A stretch of 64,000 bases of DNA from a virus (lineage: Duplodnaviria; Caudoviricetes), in IMG/VR virus record IMGVR_UViG_3300037400_002732, positions 110,808 to 174,807 of that record; one strand, given 5' to 3'. The position numbers were made by a program, and so were the translations under genes. How positions within the stretch are numbered: the first letter of the stretch is position 1; each line of letters opens with the position of its first letter. Shown piece by piece: positions 1 through 9,297 of the stretch. The notes beneath the pieces were generated by a model, which searched no databases, was not told the DNA's origin, and saw nothing but the letters and a program-made list of their open reading frames with translations.

Positions 1-678
1 GTATATACCCAGAAGTCTAAGGACAACTTCTACGGCGAACGTATTGCTCCGCTGGAATGTACCGAACGCGGTCTGTATATTGACGGCGTATTCCGTAACG
101 AGGAATGGCTGAAACTGAATGAAGCCGAACTAGCTAAGAAAGGATTTATGCTTGAAATGGTTAGCGACAAGAGCTTCATCGATGGGTTCAAGAATGGTAA
201 GGTGACTGGCGATGACGCGTTGCTGCTTCATTCTCTGGTGGCAACCCAGATCAAGGAAGAGTTCGACAAGTTGCGTGAACTGTTTGAAAATTATGGTGGA
301 AGCATTATGTATGACCATTTCGTCGATGGCCCGAATGCGTCCATGGCGGATATGGTCGAGAATGAGTTTGGCTTGATTTCCGGCCAAGACTTGATAGATT
401 TCGATAATCTTCGTGCGATTTTCGCCCAGAAGAACATCGAGGATAACGCTCGTCGTAATTCCGACGGAACCATTCAAGGTGCTGGTGGGGCAGAAAACGA
501 CATATTTGAAAAGGTCGTGTCCAATGCCGAACTGGCTGGCGTCCGCAAGGCAAGCTTGACCAAGGAACATATCAATGTCACGGTTACGCCGAATACGATG
601 ACTACCGAAGAGCTGTACCGAGTCGTAATGCAAGGCAGTATGACTAGGGCGAACGACATGTTTAGTAAGAAGAAATAA
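1..678 (+). CDS. Hypothetical phage protein, 5'-truncated by the window edge
   Basis: Frame 1 is open from base 1 (VYTQKSKDNF...) straight into the listed 148..678 ORF; stop at 676-678. Confidence 0.75.
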   Translation, partial: VYTQKSKDNFYGERIAPLECTERGLYIDGVFRNEEWLKLNEAELAKKGFMLEMVSDKSFIDGFKNGKVTGDDALLLHSLVATQIKEEFDKLRELFENYGGSIMYDHFVDGPNASMADMVENEFGLISGQDLIDFDNLRAIFAQKNIEDNARRNSDGTIQGAGGAENDIFEKVVSNAELAGVRKASLTKEHINVTVTPNTMTTEELYRVVMQGSMTRANDMFSKKK

Positions 679-685
679 AGGAATT

Positions 686-693
686 GATAAACT
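686..693 (+). promoter_or_regulatory. Putative late promoter GATAAACT
   Basis: Recurrent motif, 24 nt before ATG 717. Confidence 0.7.
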
Positions 694-716
694 GCGTACA
701 AAGCTATTGGGTAGTT

Positions 717-2282
717 ATGTCCGCACGTTTACTAATTAAAAAGTACACCGGAAAGGATGGCGACTTCGGTACGCCAGTTTCGTCTATTGGATTGAAGCGA
801 GTTGACACTTGCGTTCCTTCGGTTTACAGCTCGGCTGCCTTGGAAGGCACTGGGCATACGGTTCCAGCGGACGACGCTTCTGAAGCCAATGCTTATTGTA
901 TTTATCGTCCAGACAATCCAGAGTGCTACTCGTACTCGATGGAAAGCGTTTTCAAGATCCATCTTGTGAAAGCTCCAGATGTCCAGCTTAGCAACATTAG
1001 ACTCTATCCAGTCGGAGAAAGGCCCACTTCACCTACTGCCGCAAAACTTTACATAGGCAACTCTATTTCTTATAGCCGCCCAACAGACCAGAAATCTCAA
1101 ATTGCACTCAATGACATCTGGAACTATTCCAAGGAACATCCATTCTACTTGACAGTCGCCGGACTGTTCGGACAAGTGCCAGACCCGCGTCTGAGCAAGA
1201 CCGAATACAACGTAGACTATAAGGACTGTGGCTTTGGAAACTTGATTTATATTGACGGCGATCGTCAACCGACTCTAACGGTCGCAACTCGCACGAACGA
1301 TGATACTGTGGTGTACGAGTTCAAGAACCAGTCGTTCACCAAGGGAAAATACGAACACTCCTTTATTGAATTTGTTAAGGTTGACCCGACAAAACCGACG
1401 TTTGAAGGAACCGCGAATGTCCTTGGATGGCCGTATGTCTATAATCCGACCGATTCTGAAGGAAACCTTGATTACGACACGGTTTGCTTGGTAGTGAAAG
1501 ACAAGGCGCAAGGCATTGACTTGATTAAGGAATGTCCGGCTGGCCTCATTTACAAGCGTCCTACGGATGCTAAGGGTTATCACTTCGGAACTGGCGGCGC
1601 AATCCAGACGGTTTATCTCTACAACGGAAAGCCGGGTACTTATGGAGAGGCTAATCCAGCTTATGTTCCTACCGAATGGCATAAGACATTGATTAACGAA
1701 AGTACTGGCGCAGTCACTACCGAGCCAGCAGCTTCTCCGTTCATCGGAACTGATCCGAAGACTGGTAAGCCTCTGTTCCAGTTTGACGTTTGTGTGGAGA
1801 ATGACAACTTTGGCCACAGTGGATATGTCATGAATGGCGTACGCCGTCCTATGCTGACGTTCGACCTTAATGCGGTTTACGCATTCCGTAACCGTTCTGG
1901 CGCAGCGTTCCCATTGAGATTCATTGGCAATCCGTTCTCTCCTATAGCCAACTTCATCGACGACGTTGTTGTAGACGGCGTTACCGTCGTGGACGGTGCG
2001 ACCGACAACGAACTTATTTACGTCGATCCGGAGAAAGTATTCAAGGCTGGAAAGAAGATTAACGCATATCAGTGCGTGACGGCACCGGAATTGGGCAGCT
2101 TTGTCCATAATGCGCCGCTTTGCATGTGTGGAAACTACAACTTGTGCCGTGTAGACGGAGGCATTTACAACCCATTAAAGGCTGGCGAGACTGACTATGT
2201 GTACTTGCAGCTAGAGGTTAGTGGCCAATCAGATCCAGGTTACAGCGTACCGGATATCGAAATCGAGTACGACGAAAATTAG
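717..2282 (+). CDS. Putative virion structural protein
   Basis: Long ORF after late motif; ATG 717 (MSARLLIKK) preferred to TTG 684, which overlaps the promoter; beta-rich composition. Confidence 0.6.
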   Translation: MSARLLIKKYTGKDGDFGTPVSSIGLKRVDTCVPSVYSSAALEGTGHTVPADDASEANAYCIYRPDNPECYSYSMESVFKIHLVKAPDVQLSNIRLYPVGERPTSPTAAKLYIGNSISYSRPTDQKSQIALNDIWNYSKEHPFYLTVAGLFGQVPDPRLSKTEYNVDYKDCGFGNLIYIDGDRQPTLTVATRTNDDTVVYEFKNQSFTKGKYEHSFIEFVKVDPTKPTFEGTANVLGWPYVYNPTDSEGNLDYDTVCLVVKDKAQGIDLIKECPAGLIYKRPTDAKGYHFGTGGAIQTVYLYNGKPGTYGEANPAYVPTEWHKTLINESTGAVTTEPAASPFIGTDPKTGKPLFQFDVCVENDNFGHSGYVMNGVRRPMLTFDLNAVYAFRNRSGAAFPLRFIGNPFSPIANFIDDVVVDGVTVVDGATDNELIYVDPEKVFKAGKKINAYQCVTAPELGSFVHNAPLCMCGNYNLCRVDGGIYNPLKAGETDYVYLQLEVSGQSDPGYSVPDIEIEYDEN

Positions 2283-2297
2283 AAAATGTGACCAATA

Positions 2298-2305
2298 TAT
2301 AAACT
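2298..2305 (+). promoter_or_regulatory. Putative late promoter TATAAACT
   Basis: Recurrent motif upstream of ORF 2352. Confidence 0.6.
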
Positions 2306-2351
2306 ATTCGAAAATTCGAGCCATACTGGCTTCATGATAAGGACTTACAAT

Positions 2352-4190
2352 ATGCAGACGCAGACAGAAACTATCCAACAGAAGGCTATGAAGGACATCT
2401 TCGCTTTGGACGAAGGTGTTAGCCTGTGTGAATCTTTCGGTAGCCAGCTTGACTTGGGCTTGCCGGATGCCGAAGATGATACTCCAAAGGACTTCAATGA
2501 CATGCTCGAAGTCAATCCGAGTAATGAACCCATGGAATACGGTGAAAATTTCATGAGTGAAGGCGATGACATGGCCGACAAGCAGACACAGCAGTTTGTT
2601 GTGGACGAGTTTGCTAAGCAAGCTGCAGAACTTCCGGACGGAAGCATTAGTGCAGCTGACATTACTGGCATTTCCTCAATTATTCAGATGAACAACCATA
2701 TTACTGGTGACATCCGTTCCTTCATTGACCAGACTATCAAGCATGCAGTTCAGGCTCAACAGCAGCAGAACGTTTCTGATGCTCAGCCGAATGGTACTGT
2801 TGCTCAAGACATTGCCAAGACTGGCGATGAAACTGCCGACGCTGGCCTTGGTGCTGACGCTGGCTTGGGCGCAGAAGGTGGAATTCCGGCTATGGAACCG
2901 ATCGATCCGACGGCTGCTCCGGCTCTTGATGCCAAACCGGACGCTGGCCTTGGCGGCGACCTCGGTGGCGATGTAGGCGATCCGCTCGCCGACATGAACG
3001 GCATTGGCGATGACCTTAACGGCGTTGGCGATGACCTCGGCGGTGACCTCGGTGGAACTGACGACGGCCTTGGTGGCGACCTCGGTGGTGCCGACACTGC
3101 TGGTGATGACCTCGGTGCTGGTCTTGACAGCATTAACGCTGATCTCGACGCTGAAGCTGGTGCTGATGCTGGTACTGATGCTGGTACTGACGCCGGTGCT
3201 GACGCTGGTACTGAACCAGCCGCAGACTCTGGCAGCACTGGTGGCGACGAACTTGACAACTTCCTCGACGCCGATGACGGTGCTGACGATGGTGCCAAGG
3301 ATGCTGACACTGGTGACGACAAGGGTGCCGAAAAGGGTGACGACAAGGGTGCCGAAGGAACTGACGACAAGAAGTCTGAAGACGATGACGATTCCGACTT
3401 CAACTTCGAAGCCATTGCAACTAAGGCTCGTGGCCTTGTTGAAGGCAATGAAGCTCCGGTTACTAACACTGAAGTTCCGGCTGACGACGCTTCTACAGAT
3501 GCTGGCGTACAAGCTGGCGGCGATACTGCTACTACTGACCTCGGCGATGCTGCTACCGATACACCGGCTGACCCGGCTGCTACGGATACTCCAGCAGATG
3601 AATGCGCTGACAAAGCAAGCAAGTTCGAAGCTCAGATTGAATCCATCGTATCTCAGACAAAGATGAAGATGGCTGCACAGAGGGCTCGCGCCGTTCTCGA
3701 ATCCTTCCATAAGGAACGTGAACGCACCAATACTCTTGCCAAACTCGAAAGTATTGTTTCGAATCTGAAGAAGACTGCGAAGACTGAATCTATCGTGTCT
3801 AACTTCGCCAAGGAATCCAAGAAGCAAGCTGCTCTCGAAGCCATGGCAGACAAGGTGTTGGCTAAGCCAGTACCCCAGCCGACTTTTGAATCCGTGATGA
3901 GCGCGATTGACTCCACTCTCGCCAAGAAGCCGACGATGAGCGTGTCTGCCGAAGCAGACAAGATCATCGCTCAGTTCGAAGCTCAGCATGGTGTAAAGAA
4001 GGCTCCGGTAGAAGACCCGCGTCTTAAGAAAATCAACAGTGTGCTTGAATGCGCTGCAGCTAAGGCAAAATCCGAAGAAAAGCTTTCTGAAGACTTGACT
4101 AGTCTTCTTGAAAGTGCGCAGAATGCAAAGGCTACCTCTGACCTTGACAAGCAACTCATGGCACTTGTAGCTCAAGTAAAGAACGCTTAA
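2352..4190 (+). CDS. Acidic Gly/Asp-rich putative prohead core or internal head protein
   Basis: SD AAGGA then ATG 2352; DLGGD-type low-complexity repeats; many hydrophobic-x-E-[S/A] motifs (LCES, VLES, KLES, TFES, LLES, QFEA) like T4 gp21 cleavage sites. Confidence 0.6.
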   Translation: MQTQTETIQQKAMKDIFALDEGVSLCESFGSQLDLGLPDAEDDTPKDFNDMLEVNPSNEPMEYGENFMSEGDDMADKQTQQFVVDEFAKQAAELPDGSISAADITGISSIIQMNNHITGDIRSFIDQTIKHAVQAQQQQNVSDAQPNGTVAQDIAKTGDETADAGLGADAGLGAEGGIPAMEPIDPTAAPALDAKPDAGLGGDLGGDVGDPLADMNGIGDDLNGVGDDLGGDLGGTDDGLGGDLGGADTAGDDLGAGLDSINADLDAEAGADAGTDAGTDAGADAGTEPAADSGSTGGDELDNFLDADDGADDGAKDADTGDDKGAEKGDDKGAEGTDDKKSEDDDDSDFNFEAIATKARGLVEGNEAPVTNTEVPADDASTDAGVQAGGDTATTDLGDAATDTPADPAATDTPADECADKASKFEAQIESIVSQTKMKMAAQRARAVLESFHKERERTNTLAKLESIVSNLKKTAKTESIVSNFAKESKKQAALEAMADKVLAKPVPQPTFESVMSAIDSTLAKKPTMSVSAEADKIIAQFEAQHGVKKAPVEDPRLKKINSVLECAAAKAKSEEKLSEDLTSLLESAQNAKATSDLDKQLMALVAQVKNA

Positions 4191-4210
4191 ACTTCATATT
4201 GTTCTCCTGG

Positions 4211-4242
4211 GAGGCCGTCGCGAAAGCGGCGGCTTCTTTTTT
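4211..4242 (+). terminator. Intrinsic terminator
   Basis: GAGGCCGTCGC-GAAA-GCGGCGGCTTC followed by T6. Confidence 0.85.
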
Positions 4243-4273
4243 GTCCTTTTAGGATAATTTAGGTATTGGAACT

Positions 4274-4281
4274 GATAAACT
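4274..4281 (+). promoter_or_regulatory. Putative late promoter GATAAACT
   Basis: ACTGATAAACTG just upstream of ATG 4291. Confidence 0.65.
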
Positions 4282-4290
4282 GCATGCATC

Positions 4291-6459
4291 ATGAATAATG
4301 GCCACTTTGCAGGACGAATAAAGAAGTTTGTTGAGGATGCAGTCAGCAAAGCTAAAGGAACCGAGGGCGAATTATACAAGATAATGAACGCTCACGGCTT
4401 TTATGATGTTGCTGATGAAAACAACGGACTTACCGACTGGCAACGCGCAAGCGTACCCAGCTACAACCAGAATAGGATTTCTGAGTTGTGTAATGCCATT
4501 GCCGAAATGTTCGGTCACATGCTTGCCAATGACGAATACGGAATTCTTTATCCAAATGTTGACGATGTTGTCGGAAAGCTAGACTTGAATGCGACGAAGA
4601 CGGCATCCGAAATGAACGTGATTGGCGGAGCATTAGGAGCCCTAACGTTTGGTGCGTCCGAAACTGCACGACAGTCGATGGGTCAGCTTACCGCTATCCT
4701 CATGGGCGGTTTCGCGTTTGACCCAGACATTCTTCCGCCGATCGCACTGAATTTGCCGGGACTTCCACTTACTCTAGCTAATGCGTATAAGCCGGGTTCG
4801 TACCCAGCCGACTGGACGTTTCTCTACGATCACGAAACGGTAAAGTCGAAGAATTATTATGAGGCGGATGATGGCGGAATCGCTATCGGAGCGAATATCA
4901 AGCTCAATTTAGGCCCATCAAGGCAGCAGATTCTGAAGCTGGTGTTCTCCGTTCCGGATGTTGACGAGAACGGTATGCCAAAGGGTGACGCGGTTGGTGG
5001 ACTTTCGCCAGACCAGTTCAACAAGATGTTTACGCTGTCCGACAAGAAGTATAGCGAACTAACCGACGCTGACAAGGAATTTGAACTCGATTCAGACCAG
5101 ATGCAGCTTGCGTTCTTCCGTTATATTCAACTGACACTGTGGGGAGCCATTAAGAATCCGGACAACTGGGCCTACTTGCACTGGGGTTCGATTACGCACA
5201 ACTCGTGCCCATGCGCCGTGAAGACGGCAATTTGTAGCTTCATTCATACCAACGGTTTTGCCGTAGATCCGAAAATTTGTCCGGAAGCTGGGTTCATTTC
5301 ATACTGCATTTCTACTGGCATGTCATACTACACTGGCCGAACAAAGCCGACGCACATGTATGTGTTCGAAGGCATGTCCTATCTTGATGACAAGGGAAAT
5401 AAGGTTGTCGCCGACAAGACAATCGGCTGGTCTAGCAATAACCAAGGTGTTCCGGTCGATAAAAAGCTGGCCAATTTACACTTTACGTTGGCGGCAGACT
5501 TGCTGTCTCATTTGACCTATGACACGAATCCGAACAAGGTTGCTCTCCGTAAGCAGCGTGTCGATGAAGCGAACTTGATTTACTCGTTCGTTGGGCTTCC
5601 TACTATGAAGTTCGGCGACGCAGTCATTCCGCCGGAATTGTCGGCGAACGCGATGGAAAAACGTGGCTTCCTCGAATTGATGAAGGCTACGATCAAGGTT
5701 TACGACAACAAGAACTCTACGCTTCCGCTATCCGATGAAAACTTCAAGATTGTCAATCAAGCCGAAAAGGGAGCCAACCAGCTCTCGGAATTGACGGTAA
5801 GGACAATCAAGTATATTCTGTCCAAGGCTGGACTCCAAGGAATCGTGGTTACTTCCGTGTACCGTTCTCCGGAGGCGCAAGCCAAGGCTATGTTTAATAA
5901 CAGACAAAGTCACAACGGCGCGATTGCCGTTAACTATGCCGAAAAAGGCCGTTCTGTTGATGCTGAATATACGAAAGTGTCCGAAAGGGTAAATGGTGCT
6001 GGTAACGGATGCAGAGTTCCTATTAAGGATCCGGCTGCCCAAGCGCAAGCGATCAAGAACATGCAAGCTAAGTGCCAAGAATATTTGGAAAAGGGTACTC
6101 CGGTATCTAATCACGGTTATGACCAGAGCAAGGTGCAAGCTGTCGATATGGGCCCCAAGAGCTCAAAGGCGTTTTTCAAGTACACCGATGACCAGATGAG
6201 AAAGTTCAATACGGCTTGCTGGGATGCATACCAAGAAGGCTACTTGAAAATCTATTTGGGCCCAGTTGAATATGGCGGCCCGAAGGTCAAGGATCCGGCG
6301 TTCCATATAGAAGTGTGGCAAGACGACAACCATAAGCACCCAAGCGGATTCGGCTCTACGCCAGCCCCGCCTAGCATTGACTGCATGGTGCTTGACGAAA
6401 ATTTGAAGAACAAGAATACATGGGATCTGGTTTACGTTCATGACCAGACGATCTCGTAG
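4291..6459 (+). CDS. Two-domain peptidoglycan hydrolase: lysozyme/pesticin-like muramidase plus C-terminal M15-like Zn peptidase
   Basis: DWTFLYDHE...GGIAIGANIKL and RKQRVDEANL resemble T4-lysozyme/pesticin motifs; TSVYRSPEAQ, SNH, AVD and FHIEV match the M15 peptidase pattern. Confidence 0.6.
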   Translation: MNNGHFAGRIKKFVEDAVSKAKGTEGELYKIMNAHGFYDVADENNGLTDWQRASVPSYNQNRISELCNAIAEMFGHMLANDEYGILYPNVDDVVGKLDLNATKTASEMNVIGGALGALTFGASETARQSMGQLTAILMGGFAFDPDILPPIALNLPGLPLTLANAYKPGSYPADWTFLYDHETVKSKNYYEADDGGIAIGANIKLNLGPSRQQILKLVFSVPDVDENGMPKGDAVGGLSPDQFNKMFTLSDKKYSELTDADKEFELDSDQMQLAFFRYIQLTLWGAIKNPDNWAYLHWGSITHNSCPCAVKTAICSFIHTNGFAVDPKICPEAGFISYCISTGMSYYTGRTKPTHMYVFEGMSYLDDKGNKVVADKTIGWSSNNQGVPVDKKLANLHFTLAADLLSHLTYDTNPNKVALRKQRVDEANLIYSFVGLPTMKFGDAVIPPELSANAMEKRGFLELMKATIKVYDNKNSTLPLSDENFKIVNQAEKGANQLSELTVRTIKYILSKAGLQGIVVTSVYRSPEAQAKAMFNNRQSHNGAIAVNYAEKGRSVDAEYTKVSERVNGAGNGCRVPIKDPAAQAQAIKNMQAKCQEYLEKGTPVSNHGYDQSKVQAVDMGPKSSKAFFKYTDDQMRKFNTACWDAYQEGYLKIYLGPVEYGGPKVKDPAFHIEVWQDDNHKHPSGFGSTPAPPSIDCMVLDENLKNKNTWDLVYVHDQTIS

Positions 6460-6467
6460 GAGTAAGT

Positions 6468-7229
6468 ATGGCTGAATTGTACAAGAAGGAAAAGCAAGGA
6501 TTTGACCAGATGGTCTATGCATACTTGGTAAAGCGTCTTCGTGAACCTATCGAGGACACCGATGCGTTCGGTACTGGCATCGTTGATGAACGCGGCGCGG
6601 AAAATCCGCAAGCCGCTAGTAACCCCAATGCATCGTGGGCGTACACCGACCTCGACAAGCTAGTGTTATTGCTGAAGTCCACCTTGGGTGACCAAGTGAA
6701 TACCTTGCCCAATGTGTTTGACGGATTCGATTCCATGTTGCTGATGCGTCCGACCCAGCTGGCTGAAAATCTTCCGGTTTATCGAAAGGTAATCGGTCTG
6801 GTTGAGGAAATTTCTTACTTGCCGCCAGAGAACCGTGGCGAGGGAAAGATGCAGCCTCAAGCAGAGGAAGATGGCATGACCATGGAAATGAGGATGCAAC
6901 GAGCATTCACTTGTGCATCGTTCTTGATGAGCTGCATCATCAACGGTGGCACGGTCAAGAGCGAAAACTTGATGAATTTCGACGAAGACGTGCTGGGCAT
7001 TACCGAAGGTACGTTCGGAATCCGTGGGCTCGGTACATACAAGGACATCGTTGACTATCTGAAGGCCGGAAAGGTTATTGACTATGCTCATGTGAACCCA
7101 GAAGGCTACTTGCTTGCTGTCCGTATTGCGAAAGCTCTTGTGCCAGCAAACGATACGATTTTCATGGACAAGGAACTTGTCGGCAACGAATTTAGGTCGT
7201 GGAGGACTTTGGCGACGTATGAAAGATAA
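6468..7229 (+). CDS. Conserved T4-like phage hypothetical protein
   Basis: SD AGGAG; YAYLVKRLREP...DAFGTGIVDERG resembles a motif I recall from T4-like phage hypothetical proteins. Confidence 0.6.
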   Translation: MAELYKKEKQGFDQMVYAYLVKRLREPIEDTDAFGTGIVDERGAENPQAASNPNASWAYTDLDKLVLLLKSTLGDQVNTLPNVFDGFDSMLLMRPTQLAENLPVYRKVIGLVEEISYLPPENRGEGKMQPQAEEDGMTMEMRMQRAFTCASFLMSCIINGGTVKSENLMNFDEDVLGITEGTFGIRGLGTYKDIVDYLKAGKVIDYAHVNPEGYLLAVRIAKALVPANDTIFMDKELVGNEFRSWRTLATYER

Positions 7230-7428
7230 GCAGCAAATGTTCAACGGCAAGCCTTGTTTCAAGGTAGATGCCGATGATTTCATGTACATAGCCGCATGCG
7301 CGACTATGGGTAAGCGTTTGTTGTCCAAGAACATCAAGAACGATGAACTCAGGGAGTACTATGTGAACAGCAGAGTGCCTGAGTTTGCTGTCGATTACGA
7401 TGGTGTAATTTTAACGTGGTATAGGTAA
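7219..7428 (+). CDS. Small hypothetical protein (69 aa)
   Basis: ATG 7219 overlaps the end of the previous gene; fills the gap to the portal gene. Confidence 0.6.
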   Translation: MKDKQQMFNGKPCFKVDADDFMYIAACATMGKRLLSKNIKNDELREYYVNSRVPEFAVDYDGVILTWYR

Positions 7429-7431
7429 GAT

Positions 7432-9132
7432 ATGCTAATTAAAAAGCAACAAGAAAATGACAACATGGCGACTCGATTGCTGAGCCACGTTAGGGATTAC
7501 GGCTTGGCTAACGAACGCGGTGCCATATTCGACCGAATATTCAACCGTGGTGACGTTATTCGTCAAATCAGGGCGTCTCGAAATGTTGTTGGTCAAGGCA
7601 TCAATCAGATGCTGTCACCGGACGGATCCGCGATTGACGGATTCAGTATGTATATGCCAGCCCTTGGCATAAGCGGCGCGAACAAGATTGATCCGGACAA
7701 GATTCAGAACGCGATTGCCGAGAACCAAGCGCAGCTTTACTGGAAGAAGAACCAAGAACGCGCTCGCAAGTACGATACGGTCGCTTCTCGTTCCGAAGTG
7801 AACGAGTCACTAATCCAGATCTGTAACGAAGGAGTCTACAAGGACGACGTGGATGAAATCTGCTCGCTTGACATCGACCACGACGCCGCTATCGGCGATC
7901 CGGTGCGAAAGAAGCTGGGAAAGATTTTCCGTCAAGACGTTCTACGACGCATCATGCACTTCCACCAAGACGGCTGGGAATACATGAAATACTTGCTGAC
8001 TCGCGGACGTATCTTCTTCGAAGTTATCTACGATCCCAAAACCGGAAAGATCGAAGGCGTGAACATGTTGCCCGAAGAGCACATGATTATCGTTGTCCAA
8101 GATAACTTGATTATCGGCTATCGTCAGATGCTTACTGGTGCGCTTGCGTCGCAGACGAACGGCAAGAATTATATCGACTTCTCTCCGAACCAAATCTTGT
8201 ATGCGTCGCTTGGCATGACTGGCCCAGGTGGCGTAAATGACCCTCGTTCTATTCTTGAACCAGCAATGAAGCCGTATAACCAACTGAATACGATTGAGGA
8301 TAGCGTGGTTATGTACCGTGTTCTCTGGGGTTCAGAAAAGCTCATCTTGAAGGTGGACGTGTCTGGTATGACCAAGGCGACTGCCGAAAAGTTCATGAAA
8401 GACCAAGCTAAGATGTTTAGCCGCCGTCTTGACTATAACTCGATGACTGGCGAAGTGACTAACTTCGGTACTTCTCCTGGATTGACTGAGCACTTTGTTA
8501 TTGGTGTCGGCAATGGCCGTACTGGTTCTGGTATTGAACGTATGGCTGGCGGTGAACAGCTTGGAAATATTGATGACTTGAAGTTCTTCAAGCGAAACCT
8601 TGTCAACTCCTTGATGGTTCCGCCGGGACGCATCACTGCACTCGCTGGCGACTCTAATAATTACTCACAAGGTAAGATCGGCGAAGTCACTCAAGCCGAA
8701 GTGTCTTTCGCTCGTCTAGTTCAACGCTATCAGACTCCGTTCGAGACGATTCTTATTCGTCTGTTCGTGATGGTGCTGAATACTGACAAGACTATCGACG
8801 ACTCGATCAAGCTCCAAGAGTTCTATACTGTACGCTTCAAGAAGTCCAATGGTTTCCAGAACTTCATTGACTCGGAAGTATGGACGACGAAGCTTGCGGT
8901 CTTCGACTCGATGATGAAACACGTTTCGTCCAAGGAAAACCCGAACGGCGCGTTGTCCAAGCAAGCTGCACTTCGTTGGGGCCTTCGCCTCAATGATGAA
9001 CAGTACAATCTCAACAAGGCATGGTGCCTTGAAGAAAAGAAGGAAGAATCTGGTGAAGCTACTGGCGATGACGGTGGCGATTCCGGTGCTGGTGGCGACA
9101 TGGGTGCTGGCGGCGGTATGCCGGGTATGTAA
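7432..9132 (+). CDS. gp20: Portal vertex protein (T4 gp20-like)
   Basis: SILEPAMKPYNQLNTIEDSVVMYR, LGNIDDLKFFKRNL and EVSFARLVQRYQ match gp20 motifs. Confidence 0.92.
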   Translation: MLIKKQQENDNMATRLLSHVRDYGLANERGAIFDRIFNRGDVIRQIRASRNVVGQGINQMLSPDGSAIDGFSMYMPALGISGANKIDPDKIQNAIAENQAQLYWKKNQERARKYDTVASRSEVNESLIQICNEGVYKDDVDEICSLDIDHDAAIGDPVRKKLGKIFRQDVLRRIMHFHQDGWEYMKYLLTRGRIFFEVIYDPKTGKIEGVNMLPEEHMIIVVQDNLIIGYRQMLTGALASQTNGKNYIDFSPNQILYASLGMTGPGGVNDPRSILEPAMKPYNQLNTIEDSVVMYRVLWGSEKLILKVDVSGMTKATAEKFMKDQAKMFSRRLDYNSMTGEVTNFGTSPGLTEHFVIGVGNGRTGSGIERMAGGEQLGNIDDLKFFKRNLVNSLMVPPGRITALAGDSNNYSQGKIGEVTQAEVSFARLVQRYQTPFETILIRLFVMVLNTDKTIDDSIKLQEFYTVRFKKSNGFQNFIDSEVWTTKLAVFDSMMKHVSSKENPNGALSKQAALRWGLRLNDEQYNLNKAWCLEEKKEESGEATGDDGGDSGAGGDMGAGGGMPGM

Positions 9133-9139
9133 TGGAATT

Positions 9140-9163
9140 TGGCGGTCAATGACCGCCATTTTT
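9140..9163 (+). terminator. Intrinsic terminator after portal gene
   Basis: TGGCGGTC-AAT-GACCGCCA followed by T5. Confidence 0.7.
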
Positions 9164-9297
9164 CATTTCAATGTAGGTTTTTGACCATTTTTTCACGGCG
9201 TTTCGCGATATCCCTAAACAATATATCAAGAAACGCCTATCAGAGCATGTACCACGATGGTTATGCCGAGAAGGCAATAACTACGAAGGTACAACTT

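Noticed and set aside
9061-9132. GroEL-like GGM tail suggesting a chaperonin
   Set aside because: It is the low-complexity C-terminus of an otherwise clear gp20 portal protein.
9139-9297. N-terminal extension of the capsid protein from TTG 9139
   Set aside because: It overlaps the portal terminator; gp23-like sequence begins at ATG 9298.
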